DNA from: a virus
Lineage: Duplodnaviria; Caudoviricetes
Reading direction: 5' to 3' (one strand)
DNA length: 64,000 nucleotides
IMG/VR virus record: IMGVR_UViG_3300022602_000025
Shown one piece after another: positions 7,618 to 16,377 of the stretch. The notes under the pieces were generated by a model. The model saw only the letters and a program-made list of their open reading frames with translations, had not been told where the DNA came from and did not search any database. The position numbers and the translations under genes are program-made. Within the stretch, counting starts at the first letter, position 1; each line of letters starts with the position of its first letter.

Positions 7618-10287
7618 ATGAGTTATGTAGATGCCATCTGGAACCGCGATGATGACGTGGTTCGTGTTGTAGAACGTGACCCTAAGAAAGGTCGCATATT
7701 CCAAGAATTCCCCGCACGTTATACTTTCTATTACCCAGACCAACGAGGTAAGTACACATCAATTTATGGTGAGCAACTTTCCAAAGTTACCTGCAAGAAT
7801 TGGAAAGAGTTTATCAAAGAACAAAAGATTCATAGCGGTCACAAGTTATATGAGTCGGACATCAATGCTGTTTTCCGTACACTAGAAGAAAACTATCTAA
7901 ACAAAGATGCTCCAAAACTAAACGTAGCCTTTTTCGATATTGAGGTGGACTTTGATCCAGAGCGTGGATATGCAAGTCCAGAAGATGCGTTCATGCCAAT
8001 TACAGCGATCGCTGTAAAACTACAATGGTTAGATACTATGGTATGTTTGGCACTTCCACCAAAGACTTTAACAATGGCACAGGCCACAGAACTTGTTAAA
8101 GATTTTCCTAATACACATTTGTTTGAAACTGAAGCAGAACTGTTAGAAACATTCTTACAGTTGATCGATGACGCAGATGTTATTAGTGGTTGGAACTCAG
8201 AGGGCTTTGATATCCCGTACACCGTTAATCGTGTAACTAAGGTTCTCTCTAAAGAAGATACTAGACGTTTTTGTTTATGGGATCAATTTCCTAAGAAACG
8301 TGAATACGAAAAGTTTGGTAAGAACGCTGTTACTTACGATTTAGTAGGTCGTGTACACTTAGATAGTCTTGAACTGTATCGCAAGTATACCTATGAAGAA
8401 AGACACAGTTATCGTTTGGATGCTATCGCAGAATATGAATTAGGTCAACGCAAGACACAATATGAAGGTACACTAGATCAGTTATACAACAATGACTTTA
8501 AAAAGTTTATTGAATATAACATCAATGACTGTCAACTTCTTGATGATCTAGATAAGAAATTAAAATTTATTGATCTAGCAAACACACTGGCTCATGAATG
8601 TACAGTATTGCTACAAACAACGATGGGTGCTGTTGCGGTAACTGAGCAGGCTATTATTAATGAAGCCCATAGTAAAGGCTTTATTGTTCCAAGTCGTCCA
8701 CGCAGAGATGACACCGCAGATAACCAAGCGGCTGGTGCGTATGTTGCGTCTCCTAAGAAAGGATTACATGACTGGATTGGTTCAATGGATATTAATTCAC
8801 TGTATCCATCAGCGATTCGTGCCCTTAACATGGGTCCAGAAACTATCGTTGGTCAGTTACGTCCAGATTATACCAAAGAAGAAATTGAAGCCAAGATGGC
8901 TAAAGGTGCCAGCTTCGCAGCTGCTTGGGAAGGTAAGTTCGGAACTAATGAATACGAATTTGTGATGAACAAAGACATTAGTCATGACATTATTGTTGAT
9001 TGGGAAGATGGATCAACTGATGTGTTAAGTGGTGCCCAGATCAATGATGTAATATTTGAAAGTAATCAACCTTGGATGTTATCGGCCAACGGTACAATTT
9101 TCACTTATGAAAAAGAAGGTATTATTCCTGGTTTACTAAAACGTTGGTATGCTGAACGTAAAGAAATGCAGGCCAAATTAAAAGAAGCAATTAAAGCGGA
9201 GAATAAAATTGAAGAAGAATATTGGGATAAGCGACAGCTTGTTAAGAAAATTAATCTTAACAGTCTATACGGTGCTATTCTTAACCCTGGTTGTAGGTTC
9301 TTTGATAAGCGTATTGGCCAATCCACAACTCTTACAGGGCGCAGAATTGCTCGCCATATGGCCGCAAAAGTAAATGAGTATGTAGCAGGTGAATACGACT
9401 ATATTGGTAAGAGCATTATCTATGGTGACACTGACTCTGTATATTTCAGTGCGTGGCCTGTACTAAAGAATGATATCCAAAAAGGACTCATTCCTTGGAA
9501 TAAAGATACTGTTATCCAACTGTATGATCAAATTAGCGATGAAGTAAATGCTACATTCCCTCAGTTCATGTTAGATAGTTTCCACTGTCCAAAGACACGT
9601 GGCGAAGTTATCAAAGCAGGTCGTGAGATTGTTGCTATCAAAGGCTTGTTCATTACTAAGAAACGTTATGCTGTTCTTTATTACGATAAAGAAGGCAAGC
9701 GCCAGGACGTAGAAGGTAAGCCAGGTAAGATCAAAGCTATGGGCTTAGATTTGAAACGTTCAGATACTCCAGAATTTATGCAGAACTTTTTAAGTGAAAT
9801 CTTAGAAAAGGTTTTGAACGGTAGCCAAGAAGAAGAAATTCTAGATCGTATTAGTGAGTTCCGCACTGAATTTAAATCTCGACCAGGTTGGGAAAAAGGT
9901 TCACCAAAACGTGCTAACAACATCACTGACTACGAAGCCAAAGAAAAGAAATTTGGCAAAGCTAACATGCCTGGACATGTTCGTGCAAGTATCAATTGGA
10001 ATACCTTGAAACGTATGCACGGCGACAAATACAGCCAACAGATTGTTGACGGTATGAAAGTTATCGTATGTAAGGTAAAAGACAATCCTTTAGGTTATAC
10101 CAGCGTTGCGTATCCAGTAGACGAAATGCGTTTACCTAAATGGTTCCAGGAATTACCATTTGATCATTCTGAAATGGAAACAACTATTATTAACAATAAG
10201 TTGGAAAACCTAATCGGAGTGCTTGAGTGGGATTTGGAATCAACTACACAAGAAAATACTTTTGGTAGTTTATTCAGTTTCGAGTAA
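7618..10287 (+). CDS. Family B DNA polymerase with 3'-5' exonuclease (T4 gp43-like)
   Basis: ExoI FFDIEVD, ExoII GWNSEGFDIPY, ExoIII YNINDC, DINSLYPS, KINLNSLYG, YGDTDS; C-terminal NTFGSLFSFE. Confidence 0.97.
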   Translation: MSYVDAIWNRDDDVVRVVERDPKKGRIFQEFPARYTFYYPDQRGKYTSIYGEQLSKVTCKNWKEFIKEQKIHSGHKLYESDINAVFRTLEENYLNKDAPKLNVAFFDIEVDFDPERGYASPEDAFMPITAIAVKLQWLDTMVCLALPPKTLTMAQATELVKDFPNTHLFETEAELLETFLQLIDDADVISGWNSEGFDIPYTVNRVTKVLSKEDTRRFCLWDQFPKKREYEKFGKNAVTYDLVGRVHLDSLELYRKYTYEERHSYRLDAIAEYELGQRKTQYEGTLDQLYNNDFKKFIEYNINDCQLLDDLDKKLKFIDLANTLAHECTVLLQTTMGAVAVTEQAIINEAHSKGFIVPSRPRRDDTADNQAAGAYVASPKKGLHDWIGSMDINSLYPSAIRALNMGPETIVGQLRPDYTKEEIEAKMAKGASFAAAWEGKFGTNEYEFVMNKDISHDIIVDWEDGSTDVLSGAQINDVIFESNQPWMLSANGTIFTYEKEGIIPGLLKRWYAERKEMQAKLKEAIKAENKIEEEYWDKRQLVKKINLNSLYGAILNPGCRFFDKRIGQSTTLTGRRIARHMAAKVNEYVAGEYDYIGKSIIYGDTDSVYFSAWPVLKNDIQKGLIPWNKDTVIQLYDQISDEVNATFPQFMLDSFHCPKTRGEVIKAGREIVAIKGLFITKKRYAVLYYDKEGKRQDVEGKPGKIKAMGLDLKRSDTPEFMQNFLSEILEKVLNGSQEEEILDRISEFRTEFKSRPGWEKGSPKRANNITDYEAKEKKFGKANMPGHVRASINWNTLKRMHGDKYSQQIVDGMKVIVCKVKDNPLGYTSVAYPVDEMRLPKWFQELPFDHSEMETTIINNKLENLIGVLEWDLESTTQENTFGSLFSFE

Positions 10288-10297
10288 AGAAATTTCA

Positions 10298-10326
10298 TTG
10301 ACTTTCTTTCATTTTCTAAATATAAT
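10298..10326 (+). promoter_or_regulatory. sigma70-consensus promoter
   Basis: TTGACT(10298-10303)-N17-TATAAT(10321-10326), then AGGAG and ATG 10345. Confidence 0.8.
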
Positions 10327-10344
10327 AATACAAAGGAGATCTAA

Positions 10345-11079
10345 ATGCTAGACCTATTAAAAGACGTAGTAACACATACCCATAACTTGGGTTTCTTAAA
10401 CATTGTAAAAGTCACAGGCGACGAAACATCAACTAAACTTGACTCAATGGCTGATGACCGTTCAGTGATCCTATACGGTGAAGTAAGCGGACCAGTTCCA
10501 GAAATGATTGGTGTATTTGGTATGCCACAACTTAACAAGTTGAAAATTCATTTAGACTGTCCAGAGTATAAAGAGAATGCTTCAATTGATGTTGTTACAG
10601 CACAGCGTAACGGCGATACAATTCCAGTAGGCTTACACTTTGAGAATGCCGCAGGTGACTTCAAGAACGACTATCGTTTCATGAACACAGAAATCATCAA
10701 CGAAAAGTTAAAGACTGTTAAGTTCCGTGGAGTTAATTGGCAGGTTGAGGTTGATCCAACTGTTGCCGCAATCCAACGTTTTAACTATCAAGCACAAGCA
10801 AACGCAGAACACACAACATTTTTAACTAAAACTGAAAATGGTAATCTAAAGTTTGTATTTGGTGATCAAAGCACACACGGCGGCGAGTTCGTATTTGCTA
10901 CAGGTGTTGCTGGTACATTGAACAAAGCGTGGACATGGCCAGTTCAGCAAGTGTTGAGCATCTTGAAAATCGCAGATGCTAATAATTGCAAATTAAGTAT
11001 CAGTAATGACGGTGCCATGCAGATCGCTTTAGACAGCGGCTTGGCAACTTACAAATATATCATTCCAGCTCAGGCTTAA
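10345..11079 (+). CDS. Probable DNA polymerase sliding clamp (gp45-like)
   Basis: 244 aa, alternating helix/beta-strand pattern, immediately downstream of the polymerase; size matches phage clamps. No diagnostic motif, so the call rests partly on context. Confidence 0.6.
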   Translation: MLDLLKDVVTHTHNLGFLNIVKVTGDETSTKLDSMADDRSVILYGEVSGPVPEMIGVFGMPQLNKLKIHLDCPEYKENASIDVVTAQRNGDTIPVGLHFENAAGDFKNDYRFMNTEIINEKLKTVKFRGVNWQVEVDPTVAAIQRFNYQAQANAEHTTFLTKTENGNLKFVFGDQSTHGGEFVFATGVAGTLNKAWTWPVQQVLSILKIADANNCKLSISNDGAMQIALDSGLATYKYIIPAQA

Positions 11080-11081
11080 TA

Positions 11082-11471
11082 ATGATTAAAGGTATTAACG
11101 CTCAAGGTAGTTTTATAACAGTATCAGGCGGAACAGTAAGTAGTACTTACATATCCCCTGGTTCTGCAGGTGCCGGCATGTTGAGATGGAATCCTAATAT
11201 GAACTGTATGGAAGTTAATGACGGTTCTGTTTGGAAAACCCTAGAATCAAGTTATGCAAGCGTTAGTTTGACTCCAGAAGCTGAATCTATTTTACTGTGG
11301 GCTAGACGTAAAATGGAAGAAGATAGGATGATCGAATCTTTACAAGACGACCATCCTGCTGTTAAAATAGCTAAAGAAAACCTAAATAAAGCCAAAGAAG
11401 CCGCATTACGAGCAGAACAACAACTAAAAGCTACAGTAACACTGAGCAAGGAACATGAACAACAAAATTAA
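11082..11471 (+). CDS. hypothetical protein
   Basis: 129-aa ORF with a beta-rich N-half and coiled-coil C-half. Confidence 0.75.
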   Translation: MIKGINAQGSFITVSGGTVSSTYISPGSAGAGMLRWNPNMNCMEVNDGSVWKTLESSYASVSLTPEAESILLWARRKMEEDRMIESLQDDHPAVKIAKENLNKAKEAALRAEQQLKATVTLSKEHEQQN

Positions 11472-11706
11472 AGAACTTGCTAAACAGGCCACAATCAGAA
11501 AATTTGACGGAACTGGAACCGATATAGGAAAACTAGTTCTTGATGAACAAAAGTTCGCCGAGTTGATTGTTCGGGAATGTATTGATACTGCCTTTCATAG
11601 AGGACATCCTGATTTAGAATTTTTGTTGAAACATTTCGGAGTTGAAGAATCCGGTATTAATCAACAACTGAGAAACCGTAGCACTTATTTTGGGAATAAT
11701 CCATGA
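11455..11706 (+). CDS. hypothetical protein
   Basis: 83-aa ORF with SD AAGGAA; contains KFAELIVRECI. Confidence 0.7.
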   Translation: MNNKIKELAKQATIRKFDGTGTDIGKLVLDEQKFAELIVRECIDTAFHRGHPDLEFLLKHFGVEESGINQQLRNRSTYFGNNP

Positions 11707-11855
11707 ACGAACGAGATATGCCTTGGTGGATGGTCGTTATTGGTTTATTAGTTTTGCCAATTATTTTTGTATTTGTTGGCATTAGTAATATACTTAAAAG
11801 AAAAATGTCAGAGGCAAGAAAAAAATTATGGGAACAAAAACGAAATGAAAAGTAG
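11703..11855 (+). CDS. Small single-pass membrane protein (50 aa, missing from the ORF track)
   Basis: MNERDMPWWMVVIGLLVLPIIFVFVGISNILKRKMSEARKKLWEQKRNEK*; overlaps both neighbours. Confidence 0.6.
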   Translation: MNERDMPWWMVVIGLLVLPIIFVFVGISNILKRKMSEARKKLWEQKRNEK

Positions 11856-13473
11856 ACCACCAGTAGATTTAAGTGTATTGAATAAGGATTATGCCTGCTA
11901 TTTGCCAGCTATCAGTAGTTTTTATAGCACATATATAGCAAAACAAAGATTAGAAGAGTTTGTGCCTAAGGATCGTATTCCAGCAGGATTTGATCGCGGT
12001 ATTGAAGGTATGAACTTTTTAAATCCAGAAGAAGGCTATTTTACCTACAAGTATGGTTTGTATTCAGCAGGTCACGCACAGTTAGATCTTAATAAGAGTC
12101 TAACACAAGAGTCTATGATCCAACAACGTGATCGTGCTAACACAATGATCTTAGGTGACTCAGGTGGTTATCAGATTGGTAAGGGTGTTCTAAAATTTGA
12201 TTGGTTAGACTTTGAAGGTAAGAGTGCTAACAAGACTCGTCAAAGCATCTTAGAGTGGCTTGAACTTACAGCAGATTGGTCAATGATGCTGGACGTTCCA
12301 ACATGGGCATGTGACCATGTACACTCTCCAAAGACTGGTTTAAAATCATTTGATGATTGTTTAGAAAAGACAGCATTCAATAACAAATACTTCTTAGAAA
12401 ATCGTTTAGGACAAACTAAGTTCTTAAATGTTCTGCAAGGTAGTGATTGGGATACCGCTGAGAAATGGTACGATAGAGTTAAAGAATTTAGCGACCCTGC
12501 TGTTTGGGGTGATAAAGCTGCAGAAGGTTGGGCATTTGGTGGCGCCAACATGTGTAAAATGGACATTACTCTTAAACGTCTAATGACTATGAGAGAAGAT
12601 GGAATGTTAGTAGGCAAGAATTGGATTCACTTCTTGGGTACAGCACAATTAGATTGGTCATGCTACTTAACACAAATTCAACGTCAGATAAGGAAACACA
12701 TCAATGAAGAAATTACCATCTCTTTTGACTGCGCCTCACCGTTCATCGCAACAGCACACGGCCTCGTCTACACCAACGCAGTCCACACGCCAAAACGGTG
12801 GAGTGTTATTATGGACAAAGCACCAGATAACAAAGCACTTTCAGGATCAGACATCCCGTTCCCCTTTGAATCAACAATCGGCCGCAGATTAACAATGGCA
12901 GATATTGCCTATTACAACTTAGGCAAACGCAAGACAGATGCTGAATTAAATGGTGAAAAATTTGATCACTTAAACCCAGATCACTATCACGAAGTACCAA
13001 GACTTAACAAGTTAGGTAAGATTCCTAACAAAACAAGTTGGGATAGTTTTGCTTATGCACTAATGATGGGTCATAACGTAGAATGTCATATTGTTGCTGT
13101 ACAACGTGCTCAACAATTAATGGATATTGAAATCGCTAAGACTAAAGATAAACTTCATTGGAGTCATTGGAAGAAAGTAAAATCTAACGACATGAGTGAT
13201 GAATATTCAGATTGGGTTCCACGTAATATTCTTTATTTTAATAGTTTTGTTGAAGATTTGTTTAATACAAAGACAAAAGCAGAAGCATTTGAAATGATTG
13301 AACAAGCTACTCCATTCTTGAAAACATTGGAAGGTGCTCGTTTACAAGGCGGACCTGCTGCAAATACATTTGGTTCATTGTTTACAATTGAAACTGTAAC
13401 TAGCCCAGATGAAATTGATCTAGCAAATCCAGACGATGATGAATTGCGAGCATTAGAGGAAAGCGTAGCATGA
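11845..13473 (+). CDS. tRNA/DNA-guanine transglycosylase (TGT/DpdA-like) protein
   Basis: LGDSGGYQ, MMLDVP, LNVLQG, WAFGG, WIHFLG, FDCASP follow the TGT TIM-barrel motif order; no CxCxxC Zn motif; start placed at ATG 11845; C-terminal NTFGSLF. Confidence 0.85.
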   Translation: MKSRPPVDLSVLNKDYACYLPAISSFYSTYIAKQRLEEFVPKDRIPAGFDRGIEGMNFLNPEEGYFTYKYGLYSAGHAQLDLNKSLTQESMIQQRDRANTMILGDSGGYQIGKGVLKFDWLDFEGKSANKTRQSILEWLELTADWSMMLDVPTWACDHVHSPKTGLKSFDDCLEKTAFNNKYFLENRLGQTKFLNVLQGSDWDTAEKWYDRVKEFSDPAVWGDKAAEGWAFGGANMCKMDITLKRLMTMREDGMLVGKNWIHFLGTAQLDWSCYLTQIQRQIRKHINEEITISFDCASPFIATAHGLVYTNAVHTPKRWSVIMDKAPDNKALSGSDIPFPFESTIGRRLTMADIAYYNLGKRKTDAELNGEKFDHLNPDHYHEVPRLNKLGKIPNKTSWDSFAYALMMGHNVECHIVAVQRAQQLMDIEIAKTKDKLHWSHWKKVKSNDMSDEYSDWVPRNILYFNSFVEDLFNTKTKAEAFEMIEQATPFLKTLEGARLQGGPAANTFGSLFTIETVTSPDEIDLANPDDDELRALEESVA

Positions 13474-13997
13474 AGCGAGAATACGAAACAGGTACGGCAA
13501 GTGATGTAACGTTCTTTATTGGAACTGAGATCGAACGTACTCCTGCATTTGGTATGCGTACTCTTTTTGTAGTAGGTACTCATGACGAACAGGTTATTAC
13601 TAGTCTTGCTAAAAATAATGATTGCACACATATCTATTTTGGTGCTAATCAGAGTTTTCCAAGCCTTAGTGTAAACGATGCAGAAGGATGGCGTCCTTGG
13701 GAAGATATGATTGAAGGTTGTTTGAAGGAAGGCTTTTGGTGTACTTTAGATTTTGACGTAGCACAAGCTGAAGGCCTTTTGGAAAGTGCATTAGTTGAGC
13801 ATCGTAGATTTATTCCGCAGATCAGTGTAAAATTACCTTATCTGCAACAGCTAGGATATAATGCTACGATTAAAATTGACGACAAAGGTTTTGAAGCGTC
13901 TAATCCAGGTGTATGGTGTGTACCGATTGGGGCCATTACACAGCGTAAGTATTTCACCAATTGGGATGAGTATGGTAAAGATGAAATCATATCATGA
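13470..13997 (+). CDS. Uncharacterised protein translationally coupled to the TGT-like gene
   Basis: ATGA overlap; 175-aa alpha/beta pattern. Confidence 0.8.
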   Translation: MKREYETGTASDVTFFIGTEIERTPAFGMRTLFVVGTHDEQVITSLAKNNDCTHIYFGANQSFPSLSVNDAEGWRPWEDMIEGCLKEGFWCTLDFDVAQAEGLLESALVEHRRFIPQISVKLPYLQQLGYNATIKIDDKGFEASNPGVWCVPIGAITQRKYFTNWDEYGKDEIIS

Positions 13998-14644
13998 ATA
14001 CAGTAATAGCCAAGCCGATAAAATTTCCTAATCACGGAGTTTTAACAGCACAAATCCCAGACAATATTTTGTTAGAGATAAAAAAAGAAATTGATATTAT
14101 CTCAAAAAATCGTGCCGGGTCTAAACCATTCAATGACGAATTAGTAGGACAGATTGCAGACGAGTACGATCTATCTAACTGTAAGCAATTACTAAAAGAT
14201 TATGTAAATGAATTAGCAGCGGCATATAGCGAACAGTTTACACCACTGTATCTTAAAAGTAGAGCCAATGTTGTGCAAGGGTCTTATATACTTGAACTAG
14301 ATAAACTATGGGTCAACTTTCAAAAGAAACACGAATTTAATCCTCCCCATAATCATTCTGGAGCATTTAGTTTTGTAATATGGATCAAGATCCCGTATAA
14401 TTTAGCTAATGAGTTTAAATTAGCTAATTCTAAAAATTCCAATCAACCTTTGAATAGTGTATTCTTTATGCAGTATTCAGATGTGTTAGGAAAGATACAT
14501 AGCTTTCCATTGCCCATAGATAGTGAATACGAAGGTACAATATTATTTTTTCCATCCGAATTGCTTCACGGTGTAAATCCGTTTTATACTAGTGACGAAG
14601 AGAGGATTTCAGTAAGTGGTAATTTATTTGTGAGACAAATATGA
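13994..14644 (+). CDS. Putative 2OG-Fe(II) oxygenase
   Basis: NPPHNHSGAFSFVIW ... LFFPSELLHGV ... RISVSGN (HxH..H..R double-stranded beta-helix pattern). Confidence 0.75.
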   Translation: MNTVIAKPIKFPNHGVLTAQIPDNILLEIKKEIDIISKNRAGSKPFNDELVGQIADEYDLSNCKQLLKDYVNELAAAYSEQFTPLYLKSRANVVQGSYILELDKLWVNFQKKHEFNPPHNHSGAFSFVIWIKIPYNLANEFKLANSKNSNQPLNSVFFMQYSDVLGKIHSFPLPIDSEYEGTILFFPSELLHGVNPFYTSDEERISVSGNLFVRQI

Positions 14645-15045
14645 CAGGTTCAACATTAAGACAAGATTTTCGCCCAAACAAAATGATCTGGGTCACGTTC
14701 CAGAAGGAAGGCATCCATTGCTATCCTGCGGCGGCTACAGATCCAGCACTAGCTACAGGAGATGAGTATGACGTATCGTTTTTGGCTAGTCCTCATCGCC
14801 ACATCTTTCATTTCAGGGTGTGGATCAATGTGCAACATAATGACAGGGACATCGAGTTCATCCAATTCAAACGATGGCTCGAGTCGCTGTATAATGGTCA
14901 AGGTTCCATTTTGAAACTTGACTATAAAAGTTGTGAAATGATGTCAGACGATTTGTTTGAAGTCATTAGCAAGAAGTATCCAGGCCGCGAGGTTTGGATT
15001 GAGGTCTCCGAAGATGGAGAAAACGGTTCATTTATCAAGTACTAA
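14641..15045 (+). CDS. QueD-like T-fold protein, DpdL-type signature
   Basis: LASPHRHIF (LxxxHRHxF) in place of the QueD CxxxHGH; DRDIEF and SCEM elements of the PTPS/QueD fold. Confidence 0.7.
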   Translation: MTGSTLRQDFRPNKMIWVTFQKEGIHCYPAAATDPALATGDEYDVSFLASPHRHIFHFRVWINVQHNDRDIEFIQFKRWLESLYNGQGSILKLDYKSCEMMSDDLFEVISKKYPGREVWIEVSEDGENGSFIKY

Positions 15046-15065
15046 CTAGAAATAAGGAAATAGAA

Positions 15066-15296
15066 ATGGCACAGCCAAAGTGGTTGAATAAGTATCTTAC
15101 TATGAAACCAGAAGTTACTAAGATCTTCAACGATCTTGACACATGGCACGATCACTGTCGTATTGAGTTGATCGATTTTAATCCAGCTGATTTATATAAG
15201 TCAAAATCTTATAAAGATTGGCAACGTACTCAAGAGTACTTACAACGTAAGGCTCGAAGAGAAGCTAAGGCTAAACATGACCGTTTTTCTAATTGA
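15066..15296 (+). CDS. hypothetical protein
   Basis: 76-aa ORF with SD AAGGA. Confidence 0.75.
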   Translation: MAQPKWLNKYLTMKPEVTKIFNDLDTWHDHCRIELIDFNPADLYKSKSYKDWQRTQEYLQRKARREAKAKHDRFSN

Positions 15297-16377
15297 TTTA
15301 GAAGCAGTCGAAACCAGGTACACGGGTCAATGGAAGACTCATGTACCTGCGTTACTTAAAAAGGCAGGACACGATGTTCAAGTTATATCTGGGCCTACGG
15401 ATATTCCTACAGCCACTACTCCTGGTGCTTTTCTTAATTTTGGTGGTACCAATATATACAAGTCTAGTCAAGTTGAACAAATGGGCAGGCTATTTTGCTC
15501 CGGATCAGTTCAGCCTGGCGATCATTTCCTGTTTACCGATGCTTGGCATCCTGGCATCATAAACCTTAAATATATGAGTGAGCTGTTACAGATTCCTGTA
15601 ACAACACATGGCTTATGGCATGCTGGTAGTTATGATCCTCAAGACTTCTTAGGACGTCTTGTAGGTAAAAAGCCCTGGGTTAGAAATGCTGAGTTAAGTT
15701 TTTATAATGCGTTTGATCATAATTACTTTGCTACAGAATTTCATATCAAGCTATTTTTTGACGAGTTACTAATGGGCGGTTTGAAATCTGAAAACCCATG
15801 GTACGAAGATGATATAGCAGAAGTACTAGGCGGAGCAAATCCTAAAATTGTCCGCACTGGTTGGCCAATGGAGTATATGGATGGTACATTGACTATGTAT
15901 AAGAACATGGATAAACGTGATCTTATACTGTTCCCTCATCGCATAGCGCCAGAGAAACAAGTCGAAATCTTTAGAGATCTAAAAGAACACTTACCACAAT
16001 ATGAATTTATTGTGTGTCAGGATCAACAATTAACTAAGAATGAATATCATAACTTGTTAGGTGAGGCTAAACTTGTGTTTAGTGCTAACTTACAAGAAAC
16101 ACTAGGCATCAGTTGTTATGAAGGTGCTATTGTAGATGCTATTCCAATGGTTCCAGATAGACTAAGTTATACAGAAATGTATTACGACACATTTAAGTAT
16201 CCTAGTGAATGGACAGAATCATTTGAAGCATACACCGTCCATCGCCCAGAACTGTGTGGAAAGATAATCCAGTACATGGATAATTATGAAAAGTTCTTAC
16301 CCCAACTTAGAAAACAAACATTAGACCTAACTAATCAATTCTTCAGTGCTGATGTTTTACTAGATAGGATCAAGTAA
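15277..16377 (+). CDS. GT-B fold glycosyltransferase (GT4-like)
   Basis: ETLGISCYE (EX7E motif); PHRIAPEK donor-binding region. Confidence 0.75.
   Translation: MTVFLIDLEAVETRYTGQWKTHVPALLKKAGHDVQVISGPTDIPTATTPGAFLNFGGTNIYKSSQVEQMGRLFCSGSVQPGDHFLFTDAWHPGIINLKYMSELLQIPVTTHGLWHAGSYDPQDFLGRLVGKKPWVRNAELSFYNAFDHNYFATEFHIKLFFDELLMGGLKSENPWYEDDIAEVLGGANPKIVRTGWPMEYMDGTLTMYKNMDKRDLILFPHRIAPEKQVEIFRDLKEHLPQYEFIVCQDQQLTKNEYHNLLGEAKLVFSANLQETLGISCYEGAIVDAIPMVPDRLSYTEMYYDTFKYPSEWTESFEAYTVHRPELCGKIIQYMDNYEKFLPQLRKQTLDLTNQFFSADVLLDRIK

Noticed and set aside
7618-10287. Intein or intron in the DNA polymerase
   Set aside because: Length (889 aa) and motif spacing are normal; no C/S..HN intein ends or LAGLIDADG motifs.
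11845-13473. Canonical bacterial tRNA-guanine transglycosylase (tgt) acting on tRNA
   Set aside because: Lacks the C-terminal CxCxxC-H zinc site, is much longer than bacterial TGT and carries the polymerase-type tail; a DNA-acting enzyme fits better, though tRNA activity is not formally excluded.
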